Assembly (NCBI GenBank): GCA_050187355.1
Contig: JBFWXO010000010.1
Span: forward strand, 12,586-76,585
Direction: 5' to 3'
From: Vicinamibacterales bacterium
GTDB taxonomy: Bacteria; Acidobacteriota; Vicinamibacteria; Vicinamibacterales; UBA2999
DNA: 64,000 nucleotides
This document shows, one piece after another, positions 15,784 through 24,742 of this stretch. Numbering within the stretch: position 1 is the stretch's first letter; the number at the start of each line of letters is the position of its first letter. The translations under genes were made by a program, and so were the position numbers. The notes under the pieces are model-generated. The model was given only the letters and a program-made list of their open reading frames with translations. It did no database searches and had not been told where the DNA came from.

Positions 15784-16776
15784 TCAGGCGACGCGGGCGA
15801 CCAGCGTGACGCCGCCCGCGAACGCGCCCTCGGCGTAGGCGTTGACGTTGAAGGGCTTGTCGCCCGTGAAGCCGGCCGGCGGCGTCACCTGCACGTGAAT
15901 CGTGACCTCGTCGCCGCCCGCCAGCGTCGGCGTGGCCGGCGAGATCGCGACGGTCCAGTCCGCCGGCACGGTGAAGTCCGCGGCGCGATGCCGGGCCACC
16001 GTGCGCTGGATGCGGGCCGAGCGGAGCTCGCCCCGCGGTTCCTGGCCGCACTCGGGCAGGTCCAGGGGCGTGTAGGTGTCCACCGTGAACGAGTAGCGGC
16101 GCGCCGTCGGCCGGTCGTTCCTCAGCTGGAAGGCGAAGTTCGCCGGTGACTGGGCCGGCACGACGTCCACGTTGTTCTGGCCGAGGTTGTTGGCGGGGTT
16201 CACGTCATCGGCGCAGGTGAGCGCGATCTGGAGACAGAAGTGGCCGGCGGTCGCGGGCGTGACCCAGGGCAGCCTGGCCTTGGCCGGATGGCCGGCCGCG
16301 CCCTTGGCGCCGACATCCACGGTGGTGGCGCCGATCGGCGTGGAGGTCGTCGCGACGCCGAAGGTCAGGAACGACGCCGTGACGCCGAGGCCGATGACCG
16401 GGGCCGTGAAGGAGTTGTTCCAGATCGTGGCCTCGATCTCGTACGCGGTGTTCGGCTGGAGATCGTGCTCCGGGACGACCACGCCGTTCCTGAGCAGCAC
16501 GATGTCGGGGTTGTCCCACGTCACCGGCAGCCCGAGCTGGGTCAGGTACGCCTGGGAGTAGATGCAGGGGTCGGGCCGCCGCAGCGCCGGGTGATCCACC
16601 GTCAGGCAGTCGGCGCCGGTGTTCCGGGCGGGGTGCGGCAGGCGCTTGTTGGCGATGCGGACCTTGAGGCGGGCCCACCACCGCCGCAGGGTCTCGACCA
16701 GGCCCGTGAACCACTCGTAGCCGATGGCCCGGGCCAGCAGCACGACGACTCCAACGACGGCGCGCACCACTCTCAT
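15784..16776 (-). CDS. Membrane-anchored protein with CARDB/NEW3-like Ig-fold domains
   Basis: ATG at 16776 with an AAGGAG RBS. It has an N-terminal hydrophobic anchor (VVGVVVLLARAIG). The CARDB-like end motif is GHFCLQIALTCADDVNPANNLGQNNVDV. A second Ig-like module is present (GGDEVTIHVQVTPPAGFTGDKPFNVNAYA). Confidence 0.65.
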   Translation of the reverse strand: MRVVRAVVGVVVLLARAIGYEWFTGLVETLRRWWARLKVRIANKRLPHPARNTGADCLTVDHPALRRPDPCIYSQAYLTQLGLPVTWDNPDIVLLRNGVVVPEHDLQPNTAYEIEATIWNNSFTAPVIGLGVTASFLTFGVATTSTPIGATTVDVGAKGAAGHPAKARLPWVTPATAGHFCLQIALTCADDVNPANNLGQNNVDVVPAQSPANFAFQLRNDRPTARRYSFTVDTYTPLDLPECGQEPRGELRSARIQRTVARHRAADFTVPADWTVAISPATPTLAGGDEVTIHVQVTPPAGFTGDKPFNVNAYAEGAFAGGVTLVARVA

Positions 16777-16914
16777 GGCTGCTCCTTGACCGGTCGGGGA
16801 GGGAGGGCCAAGCGTAGTCGAACGGCTGAGGTGTCGCAAGCGTGCTCCCGGATCCCCCGGCCCGGAGGATCGGGCCGGCGCGGGGCCTGCCGCGCGGGAC
16901 CTGCCGCGTGCCGC

Positions 16915-18474
16915 TCAACGGGCGGCGCGGTACGGCGCGAAGTCCCGCCAGATCTGCTCCAGGATCTTCGGGTCGACCGTGACGGTCTCGGCCTTCCCCG
17001 GCTCCTTCTCGGAGAAGATCTCGAGCGTCACCGTGCCGCAGGCCGGGGTCAGCGCCTCGGGCGTGAAGACGTAGAGCCCTTCGTGGACGGCATCGGTCTC
17101 GGTCACGCGGCGTTCGAGCAGGAACGGGTGGATGGGCGTGACGTCTGCCGCGCCGCACAGCGCGCGCAGGCGGGCGAACCCGGGCCTGAAGTGCCGGATC
17201 GGCGGCAGCGCCAGGCCCTGCGTCATGGCGAGGCCGCGCGCCACCGTCGTCCAGAACCCCTCTTCCTGCTTCGGTGTCACCCGCAGCAGGAGGACCGTGG
17301 GCTGTTCGGCCACGTATCCGGACCAGTTCGCGTAGTCGATGGCGTCCCGGCTGGCGTACACGAGCACGGGCGTCACGAACGCCACCTCGAATCCGGGGGT
17401 GCTCGCCGCGTACGGCTTCAACGCGCCGGCCCGGCCCTGCAACTGGCCCTTCAGCGTGTCCTCGGAGATGGCGACCGCCGGCTCGACCGGCCGCGGCGCG
17501 GGACTCGGCGCGGGCGCGGATGCCATCCGCGTCCGCGCGACGGCGAGGGCCTCGCAGATCGCGTCGGCCCGCACCACGCGGGTGTCGTCGCGCGGATCGC
17601 CTTCCTTCTCGGCCAGCCGCGACGTCAGCCCCACCATGCCGCCGCCGATCGCGAACACCGGCCCGCCCAGGGTGTCGTCCTCCAGTCCGAGGTCCGCGAT
17701 CATGGTGCGGGAGCCGACCCGGCCCAGCGTGCCTTCCGTCATCCGCACGGGCCGTCCGCGGGCCCGTCCGAGCGCGACGATCGGCTGGCCGTTGGCGAGC
17801 CCGGCCGGTGCCTGCGGCGTGCAGTCGAGGGGCGCGGGCGGGGCCTGTGCGAGGGCGGCCGGATCCACCCACACGATGGCGACATCGGCGGCCGGATCGG
17901 CCACGAGGACGCGCCCCTCGCGCTTGGTGGCCGGGTCGATCTGCGCGTCGACGACCGGCGCGTCGCCCACCATCTGCCGGCTCGTCGCGATGAGCCCGGC
18001 GGCGTCCACCACGACGCCCGACGCGTGGGTCGTCGGCGCCCACACGGCGACGACGCTGCGATCCCAGGCCAGGAGGACGTCGGTCGCATCCGGCGGGCGA
18101 GGGGGCCGTCCGGCGGTGTCCGCGGCCGTGGTCGCCTCCGCGTTCGCGGCGGTGAGGGCCAGCGTCGTCTCCGCGCCCGCCTTCACGTCGACGGTCTGCA
18201 TCCACGAGTACGCGGTGCCGCCCAGCACGACGGGCGCGTCGGATTCCACGGTGTAGTTGCCGGCGGGCAGGCGCAGCGTGGCCGTACCGTCGGCGCCGGT
18301 CACGAGCCGCCGCGGGCCCGTCGTGGGCGGGTTGTCGCTCACGAGGAGGACGTGGCGGGCCAGCGGCCTCGGCGTCAGGCCCGGTCCGGCCACCGTGACG
18401 CTCACGCGCAGCACGCCCGGCGGCTGTCCGGCCGCAGCCAGCACCGCCGCCACGATCAGCGATACCCGCCACAT
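16915..18474 (-). CDS. Secreted protein: carboxypeptidase-regulatory-like domain + trypsin-fold (S1C-like) domain lacking catalytic His and Ser
   Basis: ATG at 18474 gives a signal peptide (MWRVSLIVAAVLAAAG). The TGADGTATLRLPAGNYTVES segment is CarboxypepD_reg-like. The protease-like core reads ASGVVVDAAGLIATSRQMV...DVAIVWVD...DDTLGGPVFAIGGGMVGLTS, where Q sits at the His position and L at the Ser position of GNSGGP. Confidence 0.65.
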   Translation of the reverse strand: MWRVSLIVAAVLAAAGQPPGVLRVSVTVAGPGLTPRPLARHVLLVSDNPPTTGPRRLVTGADGTATLRLPAGNYTVESDAPVVLGGTAYSWMQTVDVKAGAETTLALTAANAEATTAADTAGRPPRPPDATDVLLAWDRSVVAVWAPTTHASGVVVDAAGLIATSRQMVGDAPVVDAQIDPATKREGRVLVADPAADVAIVWVDPAALAQAPPAPLDCTPQAPAGLANGQPIVALGRARGRPVRMTEGTLGRVGSRTMIADLGLEDDTLGGPVFAIGGGMVGLTSRLAEKEGDPRDDTRVVRADAICEALAVARTRMASAPAPSPAPRPVEPAVAISEDTLKGQLQGRAGALKPYAASTPGFEVAFVTPVLVYASRDAIDYANWSGYVAEQPTVLLLRVTPKQEEGFWTTVARGLAMTQGLALPPIRHFRPGFARLRALCGAADVTPIHPFLLERRVTETDAVHEGLYVFTPEALTPACGTVTLEIFSEKEPGKAETVTVDPKILEQIWRDFAPYRAAR

Positions 18475-18483
18475 CGCCCCATC

Positions 18484-19728
18484 TTGGCGGCCTTTGCCGC
18501 GAAAGGGAAGCCGGCCGGGCGGCGCGTCCGCGCCGCCGCCGATCCTGATAGCCTGAAGCGCCTGCATGTCACTGCGAACCAGCGCCACGACACGGACCGC
18601 CACCCGGCGCTCCGGGCGCCGGCGGGTCGCCGCGCCACTCGTCCAGCCCGGGCGGTCCTGACCAGCGTCGAGAGCGGCCTCCGCTACCGCGTCGGCCCGC
18701 CCCTCGGAGAAGGAGGCTTCGGCCAGGCCTACCTGGCCGTCCGCATGGGCAAGAGCACCCGCGTGCCCGGCATGGTGTGCGTGAAGGTGAGCACGAAGCA
18801 GGACGGCTGGCTGCGAGAGGCCTACTTCGGGCTGCTGCTCCACCAGCATCCGCGCGCGGTCGCCGTGTTCGATGCCTTCCCCGTGGTCGACGGCGGCGGC
18901 CGCCTGCTGTACTGCCTGGCGACCGAATACGCCCGCCACGGTGACCTGGCGTCGTACCTCGCGCGGCATCCCGCGCCGTGGCGCGAGCGCGTCGTCCGGC
19001 GCGAGATCGCGGGCGTGCTGCAGGTGCTCGGCCGGCTCCATCGCGGACAGCTCCTGCACCGGGACCTCACGCCCATGAACGTCTTCGTCTGCGACGCGCT
19101 CCGGCTGAAGCTCGGCGACTTCGGCATCGTCCGGCAGCAGGGCGACAGGAAGGGCGTCGCGGCCCGCACGCTGAACCCGCTGATGGCGCCGAGCGACGTC
19201 TTCCGGGGCGCGGCCCCGAAGTGGCAGGCGCGCGACGACGTCTACCAGGTGGGACAGCTGATCGGGATGCTCGTCAAGGGCGACGCCAGCAAGCGCATCC
19301 GGACCTCGGAGGTGCGCGACCTGCCGTGCACGGACCACCTCAAGGAGATCGTCTACCGCTGCATCGGCGAGCGGCGGAAGCGCTACGAGAGCGCCGACGA
19401 GCTGGTGGAGGCCCTGACGACGCCGCCCCGCGCCGTGGCGCCCGGCCGCGTCGCGACGCTCAAGGGCGCTCGCCTGGTGTTCACGGGCTTCCTCGGCGTC
19501 ACGCGCACCGAGGCGGCCCGGGCGGCGGCGAAGGCCGGCGCCGCGGTGCAGTCCGGGCTGTCGGCCCTCACCACCGTGGTCGTGCGCGGCCGTCCCAACC
19601 GTCTGCAGGCCGCCGGCCGGGATGGCGGCAGGAAGCTGCTCGAGGTGAAGCGGCTCCGCGAGCAGGGCGTGAAGGTCGTCGTGATCTCCGAAACCCGCTT
19701 CTGGACGCTCGTCGGGCGCCGCCCGTAG
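18484..19728 (+). CDS. Ser/Thr protein kinase with C-terminal BRCT domain
   Basis: Kinase motifs: GEGGFGQAY, VCVKV, HRDLTPMNVF, LGDFGI. The C-terminus LKGARLVFTGFLGVTRTEAARAAAKAGAAVQSGLSALTTVVV...VKVVVISETRFWTLV is BRCT-like, as in LigA. There is no in-frame ATG or GTG before the Gly-rich loop. TTG at 18484 is the only nearby candidate start. Confidence 0.7.
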   Translation: MAAFAAKGKPAGRRVRAAADPDSLKRLHVTANQRHDTDRHPALRAPAGRRATRPARAVLTSVESGLRYRVGPPLGEGGFGQAYLAVRMGKSTRVPGMVCVKVSTKQDGWLREAYFGLLLHQHPRAVAVFDAFPVVDGGGRLLYCLATEYARHGDLASYLARHPAPWRERVVRREIAGVLQVLGRLHRGQLLHRDLTPMNVFVCDALRLKLGDFGIVRQQGDRKGVAARTLNPLMAPSDVFRGAAPKWQARDDVYQVGQLIGMLVKGDASKRIRTSEVRDLPCTDHLKEIVYRCIGERRKRYESADELVEALTTPPRAVAPGRVATLKGARLVFTGFLGVTRTEAARAAAKAGAAVQSGLSALTTVVVRGRPNRLQAAGRDGGRKLLEVKRLREQGVKVVVISETRFWTLVGRRP

Positions 19729-19734
19729 GCCGCC

Positions 19735-20502
19735 TCAGAAGTCCCGACGTTCGAACCGGCGGCTGCCCAGCGCCAGCAGCGCCGCCGCTGCGGCGCCCGC
19801 CGTGAGCAGCCCGACCCACGGCAGCGCGGCATGGCGGAGGTAGCTCTCGCCGCTCATCGTGGTGAAGACACCCGGCCAGGGCACGACGTATTCCAGGGCG
19901 CCGAGCGCGACGGCCCCGCCGAGCGTCAGCAGGAGCGGCCGCCAGACGCCGCTCACGACGGCGGAACATCCGAGGGCCGCGCCGTAGAAGGCCGAGCCGC
20001 CGGCGAAGAGGCAGAACGCATGCACGGCGACGGCCCCGGCCGGATAGCGTTGGCCGATCGTGCCGGCCAGCAGCGGAATCGCGAGCGACGGCAGGAGCGC
20101 GAGCGCGGCCAGCCCCGCGAGGTCGGTGGCCGCCCGCACCGCGAAGATCCGGCGTCGCGACACCGGCAGCGCCGCCGTGAACAGCTCCGCCCCGCCAGGT
20201 CCCGAGGGCACCAGGCCGCCGCTGCCGAGGACGGCCGCCGCGAGCACCCACAGGTGCAGCAGGTTCTGGTTGAACCACTGGTACCAGACGTAGCCACGGA
20301 AATCGCGCTGCGTCTCCACCGCGTCCCGGATCAGGCGCGCGAGCCGGCCGTCGCCGGGGTCGAGCGCGGCGGCCGATCCGCGCAGGCGCATCATTTCCGG
20401 GTACTGGATCACCACGCCGCACGCGAGCACCGTCAGGACCGCCATCCAGGCGATGAGGCGCCACCGCGCGTCCACCCAGGCCTTGTGCCACAGCATCGTC
20501 AT
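19735..20502 (-). CDS. ABC-2-type transporter permease (6 TM)
   Basis: 255-aa hydrophobic protein. Its start overlaps the stop of the ATPase gene (ATGA-type overlap at 20499-20502). Confidence 0.65.
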   Translation of the reverse strand: MTMLWHKAWVDARWRLIAWMAVLTVLACGVVIQYPEMMRLRGSAAALDPGDGRLARLIRDAVETQRDFRGYVWYQWFNQNLLHLWVLAAAVLGSGGLVPSGPGGAELFTAALPVSRRRIFAVRAATDLAGLAALALLPSLAIPLLAGTIGQRYPAGAVAVHAFCLFAGGSAFYGAALGCSAVVSGVWRPLLLTLGGAVALGALEYVVPWPGVFTTMSGESYLRHAALPWVGLLTAGAAAAALLALGSRRFERRDF

Positions 20503-21398
20503 GCCTCCGCCGCCACCACGTCGAGGAACAGCTCCTTGAGCGGCACGGGCGAGACGTCCACCGACGCCGGCCCGAGCGCGCGCGCCTCGGCCACCACCTC
20601 GTCGACGTCCGAGAGCGCGAGCACGCTCAGCACCCGGCCCTCCCGGCGGATCCGCGCCGCCCCGGGCGAGGTGAACCGCGCGTCAGGCGCCTCGCCCGTG
20701 AACACCACCTGGACGCGCCGGACCGTATCGCGCAGGTCGTCCAGTTCCCCGCTGAGCACGGTCTGCCCCCGGTCGACGATCGCGATTCGGTCCGCCACCT
20801 GCTCGATGTCCGCCACCTGGTGCGACGAGACGAGCACCGTGCCGCCGCCGCTGCCCACGTGCGCGACCAGCGCCTGCAGCACCTCGTCGGCGGCCACCGG
20901 ATCGAGTCCCGACGTGGGCTCGTCGAGGATCAGCACGTCGGCGCCGCGGCAGAACGCGAGCAGCAGCGCCAGCTTCGCGCGCATTCCCCGCGACAGCGCC
21001 TTCACGGGCCGGTCGCCGGGCAGCCCGAAGGCGCGGCGGTAGCGTTGGTCGAGATCGCGCCGCCAGCCCGGAAAGAAGCCGGCAGTGAAGCGGATCATCT
21101 CGTCCACGCGGTACCCGTCGTACAGGCTCCGGTCCTCGTCCACGAAGGCGATGCGGCGCCGGATGGCGACGCCGGACGCGGGATCGGTCACGTCCAGGCC
21201 GCACGCCCGCGCCCTGCCCGACGTCGGGTGCGTGAGGCCCACCAGGACCTTGAGCGCCGTGCTCTTGCCGGCGCCGTTCCTGCCGAGCAGCCCGCAGATC
21301 GACCCGCGCGGCACCTGCAGCGTGAGGCCGCGCAGTGCGGCCACCGCTCCGTACGTCTTGTGGAGGTCGTCGGTTTCGAGATCGTAGGGATCAGCCAC
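20499..21398 (-). CDS. ABC transporter ATP-binding protein
   Basis: Walker A GRNGAGKST, signature LSRGMRAKL, Walker B LILDEPTSGLD. Confidence 0.92.
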   Translation of the reverse strand: MADPYDLETDDLHKTYGAVAALRGLTLQVPRGSICGLLGRNGAGKSTALKVLVGLTHPTSGRARACGLDVTDPASGVAIRRRIAFVDEDRSLYDGYRVDEMIRFTAGFFPGWRRDLDQRYRRAFGLPGDRPVKALSRGMRAKLALLLAFCRGADVLILDEPTSGLDPVAADEVLQALVAHVGSGGGTVLVSSHQVADIEQVADRIAIVDRGQTVLSGELDDLRDTVRRVQVVFTGEAPDARFTSPGAARIRREGRVLSVLALSDVDEVVAEARALGPASVDVSPVPLKELFLDVVAAEA

Positions 21399-21795
21399 GG
21401 CGGGGTCCTCGGGAGGTGATGCCGGCGAGCTCGGCTTCGAACAGGCGGCGGATTTCCTCGTCGGTCACCGACCGGCGGCGCAGGCGCTGGATGGTGTCCG
21501 ACACGAGGGTCTGTGCCGCCCGCATGGCGTCGGTGACGTCGGCGCGGGGCGCGCGGGCCCGGACGAACGCGCCGGCGCCGTGCCGAAGCTCGATGACGCC
21601 CTGGTGCTCGAGCTCGCGATACGCCTTGGCCACCGTGTTCGGGTTGATGACGAGCGTCTCGGCGAGCGGGCGGATGCCCGGGAGCTGGTCGCCCGCGGCC
21701 AGCGCGCCCGTGTCGATGGCGTGCTTCACCTGCTCGATGATCTGCAGGTAGAGGGGGATGCCGGATCCCGGGTTGGGGCGGAGCAGGAGCGTCAT
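21391..21795 (-). CDS. GntR-family (YtrA-subfamily) transcriptional regulator
   Basis: 134 aa. IPLYLQIIEQVKHAIDTGALAAGDQLPGIRPLAETLVINPNTVAKAYRELEHQGVIELRHGAGAFV. The short C-terminal helices are typical of YtrA-type regulators that precede ABC transporters. Confidence 0.88.
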   Translation of the reverse strand: MTLLLRPNPGSGIPLYLQIIEQVKHAIDTGALAAGDQLPGIRPLAETLVINPNTVAKAYRELEHQGVIELRHGAGAFVRARAPRADVTDAMRAAQTLVSDTIQRLRRRSVTDEEIRRLFEAELAGITSRGPRRG

Positions 21796-22850
21796 GCCAC
21801 CGCCCCGGCGCCGGCGGCCGGCACCCGGACCGCCACGATCGTGATGTCGTCGAACTGCGGGGTGCCGTCGGCGTGCCGATCGGCCGCCGCGAGCACCTGC
21901 TGCACGACCTGCCCGGCGGGCAGCCGGCCCGCCGCCTGGAGCGTCTCGTGCAGGCGCGATTCTCCCCAGGTGTCGCCGACGGCGTCGAGCGCGTCGGTCA
22001 CGCCGTCGCTGTAGAGCAAGAGCAGGTCGCCCCGATCCAGCCGGAGTGCGCGGACGCCGTAGGTCGCGTCGGGCACGAGGCCCAGCGCGGGGCCCGTGAC
22101 GTCGAGCGCCCGGATCGCGCCCCCCGCGCAGCAGAGCGGCGGCTGGTGGCCGGCGTTCACGTACTCCAGGGTGCGCGCGCCGGCGCGCCACCGTCCGCAG
22201 AAGAACGTCGCGAAGCGGTTCGGCGCCGATCCGTCATACAGGCGGCGGTTCAGATGGCCCACGAGCGCCTCGAGCGGCAGGGCCTGTTCGAGGTGCGCGT
22301 GCAGCGACCCGCGGAGGGCCGCCATCAGCAGGGCGGCGGGCAGGCCCTTGCCCGAGACGTCGGCGATGACCAGCGTGGCGTCATCGTCCGGGCCCGGCAC
22401 GACGTCGTGGTAGTCGCCGCCGACGCCCAACGCCGGCCTCGACACCGCCGCCACGTCGAGTCCCGCGACTGCCATTGACGCCGGCAGCAGCCGCTGCTGC
22501 ACCTCGCGCGCTTCGGAGAGCTGCCAGGCGAGGTCCTGGCTCCGGGGCGATGGCGCCGGATCGGGCCGCCGGCCGGACGGCGGGGGGGCGGCCGCCGCCT
22601 CCGCGCCGTCGCCGGTCACGCGGACGCGGCCGCGTTCGTCCCGGCGGAAGACGCCACGGTCGGCGAGCAGGGCGTACGCGCGCTCGACGGCTCGCGGGTG
22701 GACCACGAGGTCCTGCGCGAGGGCCCCGGGCGCCGGCAGCGCATCGCCGGGCCGGAGCATGCCCGAGGCCGCCGCCGCGCACAGCTGCGCCGCGATTTGG
22801 CGGTAGATCGGGTCGCCCGAGGACACGGTCGTGCGCAGGTGCAGGGTCAT
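21792..22850 (-). CDS. GntR-type winged-HTH fused to PP2C/SpoIIE phosphatase domain
   Basis: ATG at 22850. N-terminus: DPIYRQIAAQLCAAAASGMLRPGDALPAPGALAQDLVVHPRAVERAYALLADRGV. C-terminus: GGDYHDV, IADVSGKG, LYSDGVTDA, DDITIVAVR (PP2C metal-binding Asp motifs). The stop overlaps the next gene's ATG (ATGA). Confidence 0.8.
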   Translation of the reverse strand: MTLHLRTTVSSGDPIYRQIAAQLCAAAASGMLRPGDALPAPGALAQDLVVHPRAVERAYALLADRGVFRRDERGRVRVTGDGAEAAAAPPPSGRRPDPAPSPRSQDLAWQLSEAREVQQRLLPASMAVAGLDVAAVSRPALGVGGDYHDVVPGPDDDATLVIADVSGKGLPAALLMAALRGSLHAHLEQALPLEALVGHLNRRLYDGSAPNRFATFFCGRWRAGARTLEYVNAGHQPPLCCAGGAIRALDVTGPALGLVPDATYGVRALRLDRGDLLLLYSDGVTDALDAVGDTWGESRLHETLQAAGRLPAGQVVQQVLAAADRHADGTPQFDDITIVAVRVPAAGAGAVA

Positions 22851-22869
22851 CGACGGGAGCCGAACTGAA

Positions 22870-22889
22870 CTACTGATATAATACAGTAG
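22870..22889. promoter_or_regulatory. Inverted repeat CTACTG-ATATAATA-CAGTAG overlapping a -10-like box
   Basis: It lies 20-39 nt upstream of the ATG at 22850, in the only AT-rich stretch of the divergent intergenic region. The TATAAT/TATTAT hexamer sits inside the spacer. Confidence 0.45.
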
Positions 22890-23030
22890 AACTGTTCGGG
22901 AAGTTCCGCCCCTCCGCGGCCCCTCGACCCGGCGGCCCCGCGGTCCCCGATCTTTCCTGTTGCGGCCGCCGCGATTCGGACGGATGATGCGCCCCTTCCC
23001 CCGGCGCGCCTCCAGGATGGAGGAGCGGAC

Positions 23031-24683
23031 ATGAAGCGGACCACTGTCGCGATCGCGGCGCTTGCCGCCTGCGTCGCCGTCGTCAGCACCCGGCCCGTCG
23101 TCGCCCAGCACCAGGGCACGGCCGTCTTCCGCCTCGTCGAGGCCACAGTGGCGGACGTCCAGCACGCGCTGCAGACGCGGCTCATCACGTCGGAGCAGCT
23201 CGTCCGGATGTACCTCGCGCGCATCGCCGCCTACGACGACGCCGGCCCGGGCGTGAACGCGTTCATCTACGTGAACCCGAACGCGGTCGCCGAGGCGCGC
23301 CAGCTCGATCGCCTTCGGCACCCGGGGCGCGCGCGCAGGCCGCTCGACGGCGTTCCCGTGGCGCTCAAGGACATCATCGACACGGCCGACATGCCCACGA
23401 CCGGCGGGTCGCTGACGCTCGTGGGCTCGACGCCGCCGAAGGACGCCTTCATCACGAAGAAGCTGCGCGCCGCCGGTGCCGTCATCCTCGGCAAGCTGAC
23501 CCTCACGGAGTTCGCCAACTTCATCACGACGGGCATGCCCGCCGGCTACAGCGGCTACGGCCAGTACGGCTTCAACCCCTACGATCCGCGGCCGCTGCCC
23601 GGCGGCGACGGGCGGCCGGTGCTGACACCGGGCGGCTCGAGCTCGGGCTCGGGCATCGCCGTGAACGCGAATCTTGCGACGCTCGCGGTGGGCACCGAGA
23701 CGTCGGGCTCGATTCTGAGCCCCGCGAATGCGAACGGCGTCGTGGGCATCAAGCCCACCGTGGGCCTCGTCAGCCGGACCGGCATCATCCCGATCACGGC
23801 GGACCAGGACACGGCCGGCCCGCTGACCCGCACCGTGGCCGACGCCGCGCTGCTGCTCGGCGTGCTCGCCGGCTTCGATCCGGAGGATCCCGCGACCGCC
23901 GCCTGCCTCATTCCCGGCATCGGCCACACCGACTACACGCAGGACCTCGACAAGAAGGCGCTCACGCGCGCGCGGATCGCCGTGCCGCCCTTCCCCGCCA
24001 ACCGCAGCGACATCATGGTGGCCGCCATCGACGCGCTCCGGGCCGAGGGGGCCTACGTGGAGCTCATCCCGGCGCTGGCGCCGCAGCTCGGCATCTGCGT
24101 GAGCGTCCCGGCGCCGGCCGGCTGCTCCACGGTGCTGCTCTACGGCCAGAAGCGCGACATGAACGCGTACCTGGCGCGGCGGGGTACCGCGCCCGTGCAC
24201 ACGCTCAGCGACATCATCGCGCTCAACAACGTGATTCCAGGCGCCCTCAAGTACGGCCAGGTGATCTTCGAGGCCGCCGACATGCTGGACCTCTCCCCCG
24301 GCAGCCCCGACACGCTGCGCTACCTCGACGACCGCGCCCAGGACCTCCTCCTGGCGCGCGGCGCGCTCGATGGCGTCTACAGGGGGGCCGACGGCGCCTT
24401 CGGCACCAGCGACGACTTCGACGCGATCCTGCTCTCGGGGAACAACCAGGCCGGCACCGCGGCGAAGGCGGGCTATCCCAGCGTGAGCGTGCCCGGCGGC
24501 TTCCTGCCCCCGGCCGATCCGGTGGAGAACCCCTTCCCGTCCACCGTGACCTTCACGGGCACCGCCTTCTCGGAGCCGCGCCTCATCGCCCTGGCCTACG
24601 CCTTCGAGCAGGCGACGAAGCACCGCGTGCCGCCCGACAGCACGCCGCCGCTGCCGACCGACGTCGTGCGCCGTCACGACTAG
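23031..24683 (+). CDS. Secreted amidase (amidase-signature family)
   Basis: Signal peptide [21 protein letters not shown] motif [32 protein letters not shown]. Confidence 0.9.
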   Translation: MKRTTVAIAALAACVAVVSTRPVVAQHQGTAVFRLVEATVADVQHALQTRLITSEQLVRMYLARIAAYDDAGPGVNAFIYVNPNAVAEARQLDRLRHPGRARRPLDGVPVALKDIIDTADMPTTGGSLTLVGSTPPKDAFITKKLRAAGAVILGKLTLTEFANFITTGMPAGYSGYGQYGFNPYDPRPLPGGDGRPVLTPGGSSSGSGIAVNANLATLAVGTETSGSILSPANANGVVGIKPTVGLVSRTGIIPITADQDTAGPLTRTVADAALLLGVLAGFDPEDPATAACLIPGIGHTDYTQDLDKKALTRARIAVPPFPANRSDIMVAAIDALRAEGAYVELIPALAPQLGICVSVPAPAGCSTVLLYGQKRDMNAYLARRGTAPVHTLSDIIALNNVIPGALKYGQVIFEAADMLDLSPGSPDTLRYLDDRAQDLLLARGALDGVYRGADGAFGTSDDFDAILLSGNNQAGTAAKAGYPSVSVPGGFLPPADPVENPFPSTVTFTGTAFSEPRLIALAYAFEQATKHRVPPDSTPPLPTDVVRRHD

Positions 24684-24696
24684 CGGCGGACCCGCC

Positions 24697-24724
24697 GGCC
24701 GCGCGTTCCTCGGGACGCGCGGCC
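24697..24724. terminator. GC-rich hairpin between convergent genes (possible bidirectional terminator)
   Basis: GGCCGCGCG-ttcctcggga-CGCGCGGCC: a perfect 9-bp stem and 10-nt loop. No clear U-tract. Confidence 0.45.
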
Positions 24725-24742
24725 GCTGGCCTCGGCCGTCCG

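Noticed and set aside
16205-19338. Very long ORFs (755, 807 and 1162 aa) overlapping 16.2-19.7 kb
   Set aside because: Only sub-segments are credible: 16915-18474 on the minus strand, which has a signal peptide at an internal ATG, and 18484-19728 on the plus strand, the kinase. The remainder is GC-driven open frame without protein-like sequence.
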